From Eledone cirrhosa (taxonomy: Eukaryota), in assembly GCA_964016885.1 (NCBI GenBank), contig OZ024740.1:144584001-144648000 (forward strand): a stretch of 64,000 nucleotides of DNA, written 5' to 3'. Within the stretch, counting starts at the first letter, position 1. The number at the start of each line of letters is the position of its first letter. Under the pieces are notes generated by a model, which was given only the letters and a program-made list of their open reading frames with translations, was not told where the DNA came from and ran no database searches. The position numbers were made by a program, and so were the translations under genes. Shown piece after piece: positions 58,440-64,000 of the stretch.

Positions 58440-58743
58440 GGAGGCACATGGCTTAGTGGTTAGAGCATTGGCCTTGCAATCAAAAGATTGTGAGTTCAAT
58501 TCTCAGACCGGGTGATGTGTTGTTTCCTTGAGCAAGACACTTTATTTCACATTGCTCCAGTTTACTCAGCTGTAGAAATGAGATGATAGGGACTGGGGTC
58601 CCTATCATTCCACTGCAAAATGGTCGTGGAGGTGCCACGGAAAAAAGCACCCAGCTGTAGAAATCAAGCCAGAATCAGTTCCCATCCCACCCTTGCAAGC
58701 AGGGAAAAGTCGACGTAAAATGAAATGATGATGAAATGATGAT
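58440..58743 (+). mobile_element. tRNA-derived SINE family 1 with internal deletion
   Basis: Lacks the CTGTAAA/AGGAAGGGCATCC segment; junction at CCAGC microhomology. Confidence 0.9.
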
Positions 58744-58753
58744 ATATATACAC

Positions 58754-58784
<31 letters not shown>

Positions 58785-58803
58785 TATAGATATATATATA
58801 TAT

Positions 58804-58872
<69 letters not shown>

Positions 58873-59079
58873 TATATATATATATACACACACATATATA
58901 TATATATAGATATATAGATATATATATACACATATATATATATATATATATATATGTAGGAGGTGAGTTTTATTGTAGCACAATAAAGCAATGCAAATAT
59001 CGGATAAGTAGCACTCAACAGTTTATAGGACTGGAGTATAAATAATATAAAATCAAAAGATGGTTAAAAGAATTCCATG

Positions 59080-59147
59080 TATTTTATTATGCGCATTTCA
59101 AAAACAAATATCATGGGATGATATTTGCGTTCTCATCAGATAAAATA
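59080..59147 (-). ncRNA. Minimal type I hammerhead ribozyme
   Basis: TATTTTAT-CTGATGA-GAACGCAAATATCAT(CCC)ATGATATTTGTTTTT-GAAA-TGCGCA-TA-ATAAAATA; perfect 8-bp stem I, long stem II, palindromic stem III. Confidence 0.88.
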
Positions 59148-60111
59148 GGGAGACATGATATGAAGCTTAAAAAACACTTGCGAGCAGTGAAGTGTTAAAT
59201 CAACATATGAAAAATAAAATAAGATGGATATATGAGATTGGGAAAAAAAGGAAAGGAAGAGGGGAAGGAAAAAGCAAGGAAGGGGAAGAAAGAATATAAT
59301 AAGAAAAAAATATATAATAATAAGGAAAGGATGACGGAGGAGGAGTATAAGAAGGAAGGCTGAGAGAGGAGGAGAAAATGAGTGAGAGAGAGAGAGAGAG
59401 ATAACCTTTAATATTGAGAAACACTGTCTCACAGAGAGAAATAAAACAAAAACCGTTGTAAGATAATTCATCATTTAAAAAAATTAAGAAATTAAAAGTT
59501 AATGAGGTTTATGAATGGTGATGCTTAATGGTGAAGAAAAAGGAATTAAGAATACTATTTATTTAAGGTTTATATATTGAAGGGTTTAATATGTGCGCAA
59601 AGGAATTTATTAAAATGTATTATTAAAATAAGGTGAATAAGGTTAAATGAATTATGAACTTAGAGGAATTAATTAGGGTCCAAGTTTGTTTCTATATATT
59701 GTAATAGGAAAAAGTAAATAATAGGTATAATACGAGCATGGAAGGAGAGAAGAAAGAAGAAATTCAAGGAAAAAAAATATAACGTCAAAAAAATATATGT
59801 TTACAAAATTTCACTAATGGTAATATTAGTATATATTAAAAATAAAAATTTGTATGGCCGAGAATATAAGGAAAATGCTGTAGTGAGTTATAATATGAAT
59901 TAAGAAGTAATTGAGAAGTAAAAGTTGCAGATTAAAGATTAGAAATTAAAAAAGAATAAAAAAAAAAAAAAGAAAAATAGGGGTCCACTAACGACATAGT
60001 ATGAGTAATATTGTATAATATACTGAAATAAGGTAGAAAGATGGGTATATTTGTAAAAAATATAAAAGCGTTTGAGAAAAGAAGATTTTAAACTAATTAG
60101 GTAGTAAGATA

Positions 60112-61390
60112 TTAGCTGTATACTTTATGGAAAGTTCTATGGGATTTATGCAAGTAGAGCGAAAATAAATCTGTACGTCTATTTATTATAGAATTAAAAT
60201 TAGAGATAATGGTAAATTTCTCCACTAGGCAGAGATTACATGTTCTGGATAGGAAAGAATTAAGGTAAGGAGAGGCATTGCAAACCTTCCTCCAAGAAAT
60301 GTTGTAGTGAATATTTTTGTCCTTTAAGGACCATATGAGTTCTGAGAGTGCCGTGTTAGTTCTTTTAAGTTGGTATTTAAAAGAAGAATTGGGATTATAA
60401 AATCTTGCTTTAAAGGAAGTGGAAGTAGAACCAAAATAGGTAAAAGAATTAGTACCAGTTATAACCTTACATTCATACACTAAATTTTTATCAAGACATT
60501 GGTTACTAAGAGGACATTTAGTTCTAACAGGGCAATTGCAATTACGATTAAAGAAATTACCAGAGTTATTAGCAAGTGACCCAGTATTATTTATAGAAGG
60601 AATTGAATTGGAGAGGTTATTTACGATAGGTGCTAAAGTTTCCTGATTTAGATTGGTATTATGAACATTCGACAAAGTTACGTTTGACGTCGTATTTAAA
60701 TTTACGGAATCTAGCCTAGAGTTAACATTGACGTCGGGTTTACTATTGCTATTATTATGACGCTCAATGTTGGATGGATATAATTTATTACTTAATATTT
60801 TATTATTGTGTTTAGAGATAATGTTAGACATGTTGGAAGTGGTGGAATATGAGAATTTAATTGTATGTTTATTAAAGATCTTACTATAAATATGCAAAGG
60901 AGGGAAGCATTTATCTAAGGCCCTAAAAATTAGTTTAGGAATATTACTAATAATAGATAGAGAAAAAGGAGCGTTGTACCAAATTATATTTTTATATCTA
61001 GGTCTTTTCTTTATGTTATTGGAATGCTTATAACTAACTATATTACTATAAGTCCCTCGATGATTGGTTTCTTTACTGTATTTAATTTTGTCAGGATAAC
61101 CGACTCTGGAAAGCGCATTATTGTAATAATTGGCTTTAGCGTCAAAGATAACTTTATTAGAAGATAGATTTGAGATTCTTTTTTCAACATTACTGACTAT
61201 AGCATTTTTAACGTTAATAGGGTGGTTAGATTTAAAATTAACATAATTTAGATTCTCATTGTCTTTATAGGCCGGTCAAGATTAAGGGATATATCCAGGA
61301 AGTTAGCTAGTTTGACGTTGTTTTCAAATTCAATTTTTAGGTTATGGTGCTTAAATAGAACAAGTATATTATTCTTAATAATATTAAGGT
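60112..61390 (-). pseudogene. PLE RT C-terminus/thumb and GIY-YIG endonuclease (CNC..CP..C type, probably Nematis-like)
   Basis: NFLDISLNL, YVNFKSNHP, RISNLSS, IIWYNAPFS, KIFN..KFSYS, CNCPVRTKCPLSNQC, LVY..YFGST..FKARF, TALSELIW, CNLCLVEK; deletion near 61275. Confidence 0.88.
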
Positions 61391-61888
61391 TAACTAAGTT
61401 ACAGTTTAAGACAGTAAAGTATACAGCTAATATCTTACTACCTAATTAGTTTAAAATCTTTCCTCAAACGCTTTTATTTTTTTACAAATATACCCATCTT
61501 TCTACCTTATTTCAGTATATTATACAATATTACTCATACTATGTCGTTAGCGGTCCCCTATTTTTCTTTTTTTTTATTCTTTTTTAATTTCTAATCTTTA
61601 ATCTGCAACTTTTACTTCTTAATTACTTCTTAATTCATATTATAACTCACTATAGCATTTTCTCCTCCTCTCTCATCCTTCCTTCTTATACTCCTCCTCT
61701 GTCATCCTTTCCTTATTATTATATATTTTTTTCTTATTATATTCTTTCTTCCTCTTCCTTACTTTTTCCTTCCCCCCTTCCTTTCCTTTTTTTCCCAATC
61801 TCATATATCCATCTTATTTTATTTTTCATATATTGATTTAACACTTCACTGCTCGCAAGTGTTTTTTAAGCTTCATATCATGTCTCCC

Positions 61889-61959
61889 TATTTTATCTGA
61901 TGAGAACGCAAATATCATCCCATCATGATATTTGTTTTTGAAACGCGCATAATAAAATA
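61889..61959 (+). ncRNA. Minimal type I hammerhead ribozyme (inverted copy)
   Basis: Same as 59080-59147 but stem III reads CGCGCA and loop II is CCCATC. Confidence 0.8.
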
Positions 61960-62485
61960 CGTGGAACTCTTTTAACCATCTTTTGATTTTATATTATATA
62001 TATATATATAGATATACACACACACACATAAATATATACAGATATATATATATAGATATATATCGATATATATAGATATATATATATATATATATAGATA
62101 TATATATATACACACACACATATATATATAGATATATATATATACACACACATATATATATATATAGATATATATATATACACACACATATATATATAGA
62201 TAGATATATATATATACACACACATATATATATATATAGATATATATATATACACACACATATATATATAAATAGATATATATATATACACACACATATA
62301 TATATATATAGATATATATATACACACACACATATATATATATATAGATATATATATACACACACACATATATATATATATAGATATATATATACACACA
62401 CACATATATATATATACACACACACACATATATATATATAGATATATATATACACACACACATATATATATATAGATATATATAT

Positions 62486-62518
<33 letters not shown>

Positions 62519-62527
62519 CACACAGAC

Positions 62528-62560
<33 letters not shown>

Positions 62561-62563
62561 GAC

Positions 62564-62594
<31 letters not shown>

Positions 62595-62729
62595 GACATA
62601 TATATATATATATATACACACAGACATATATATATATATATATACACACAGACATATATATATATATATATATATACACACAGACATATATATATATATA
62701 TATACACACAGACATATATATATATATAT

Positions 62730-62734
<5 letters not shown>

Positions 62735-62778
<44 letters not shown>
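62735..62778. repeat. (GA)n microsatellite
   Basis: Direct reading. Confidence 0.98.
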
Positions 62779-62780
<2 letters not shown>

Positions 62781-63810
62781 TGAAACATTCCCAGCATCGT
62801 TACGTAACTACCCTTGCAAACAAGACCTGGCAACTGAGGGAAAGTAACCATCAATACACCCTGAAGTGGAAAAAAGTATCTAATGCACCCCCATATCGGA
62901 GTGGTATGAGAAGCTGTCGATTATGTGACCTCGAGCTGTTCCACATTTTGAGTTCGAAGAAGAAGTTACTCAACGATAAAATTGAAAGATCAATTTATTG
63001 TAACCATAGACTCAAAGAAAAGTTTTCTCACTACAAGTGCAAATCGAACCCTTAACCTCTTGCTACCACCTGACAAACTGCATATACTTAGACTTTCTAC
63101 CCTCTTATTGTATCTAACCCATTTAATTACCCACAAAAACCAATACCCCTCCCTTCGCCTTCATTCCTTTTCTATTTCTTTTCGTTTTTTTCCTTTCTTC
63201 TCTCCCCTTTTTGCCTATCTTTTCTTTTCTTCTCCCCCCCCCTTTATTTTTTATATATATATTTATCTCTCCATCCCTCCCACTATAAACAATTTAATTC
63301 TCTTTAACTCACTACACTTTAAATCAACAACAGACATGACTGATCAAGGAATCCTTCCACCTCTACGCCTCCCTCCATCTCAGTTTGTCACAGGACTTCC
63401 TAATTCTTCTCCCCCTTCCTCTCTCTCTATACTATTCAGTTTGTCCCTCCACTTTCTAATTCCTCTTCCTCTCTCTCTATACTAGTAAATACAATTCCCC
63501 CCAAAAATGTTTTTCTATGTATTAAGAACTTTTTAAGAGTAACTTACTCACTATTTTGAACAATTATTATTGAGTGGTTGCTATTTGCAGTACAGCAATA
63601 TGAGGTTGCACCTACCAATGGAACGGTCGTAAATACCTGGATAAAATCCTTTTTTTAATGCTTACCTGTGTTTTCTCTTTTATACTTTAAGATTGAACAA
63701 AATTCTTACAAACTTGTGGAGTTACCCCTAACCGTACGTTGAAACCATCCATGAAACTGGCTTTCTTAACCACGAACTGGATCACAATAAGCAATTTTCT
63801 GCTTCCCTAA
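62779..63810 (+). mobile_element. Second PLE family: GIY-YIG C-terminal fragment plus pyrimidine-rich 3' region
   Basis: ORF 62780-63055 [32 protein letters not shown] aligns by eye with the C-terminus of the 60112 ORF; 3' boundary approximate. Confidence 0.75.
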
Positions 63811-64000
63811 CTATATATATATATACATACATGTATATCATCAGATGATGTGTGTATATATATATATATATATATTTTTTTTTTCCGTTAATATATCATA
63901 AAAATTTTATGCTTTTAATAGCAATTTAACAATGTGTTAATAGCTACTCTTTTGCCAGTCAAAGTTTACAATTGATAATTCACTTTTGCCATCTGCTAAA

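Larger units (their letters stand above)
58955..61997 (-). mobile_element. Penelope-like element, 5'-truncated, with 3' pseudo-LTR and an inverted partial copy at its 5' end
   Basis: ~61415-61997 is the reverse complement of ~59043-60127 minus a ~0.5-kb deletion at GAAAATG microhomology; RT-thumb and GIY-YIG remnant between. Confidence 0.9.

Noticed and set aside
63335-63640. Hammerhead in the second PLE 3' region (CTGATCAAGG..; GGAACGGTCGTA)
   Set aside because: Core nucleotides altered and no stem I/II pairing found

Overview
Eukaryotic, repeat-saturated window with no confidently identifiable host protein-coding gene. The repeat content resembles a coleoid cephalopod such as Octopus (inference only). 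Well over half is C-interrupted (TA)n microsatellite, which produces all the Y/I/H/T/M/C/V-rich ORFs as artefacts. The arrays hold nested retroelements: at least three RTE-clade LINE families (one near-intact full-length copy at 52105-55933, with a PHD finger inside the RT), two CR1-clade families, an R4/Dong-like REL fragment, two tRNA-derived SINE families, a ~610-bp non-coding element in three copies, and Penelope-like elements (PLEs). A 200-N gap lies at 27077-27276. The most interesting signals are RNA-structural. (1) Five minimal hammerhead ribozyme motifs occur in three PLE or PLE-like units; four form two divergent inverted pairs, one pair inside a ~390-bp ORF-less mini-element. (2) A ~27-bp long-range duplex between the RTE 5' leader and its 3' UTR would cover the likely start AUG. 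(3) A covarying pseudoknot/hairpin module is shared by LINE 3' UTRs and a SINE, and its AGGAAGGGCATCC motif sits 5' in one LINE family and 3' in another. All structures were read by eye and are untested. Element boundaries inside TA tracts are approximate.
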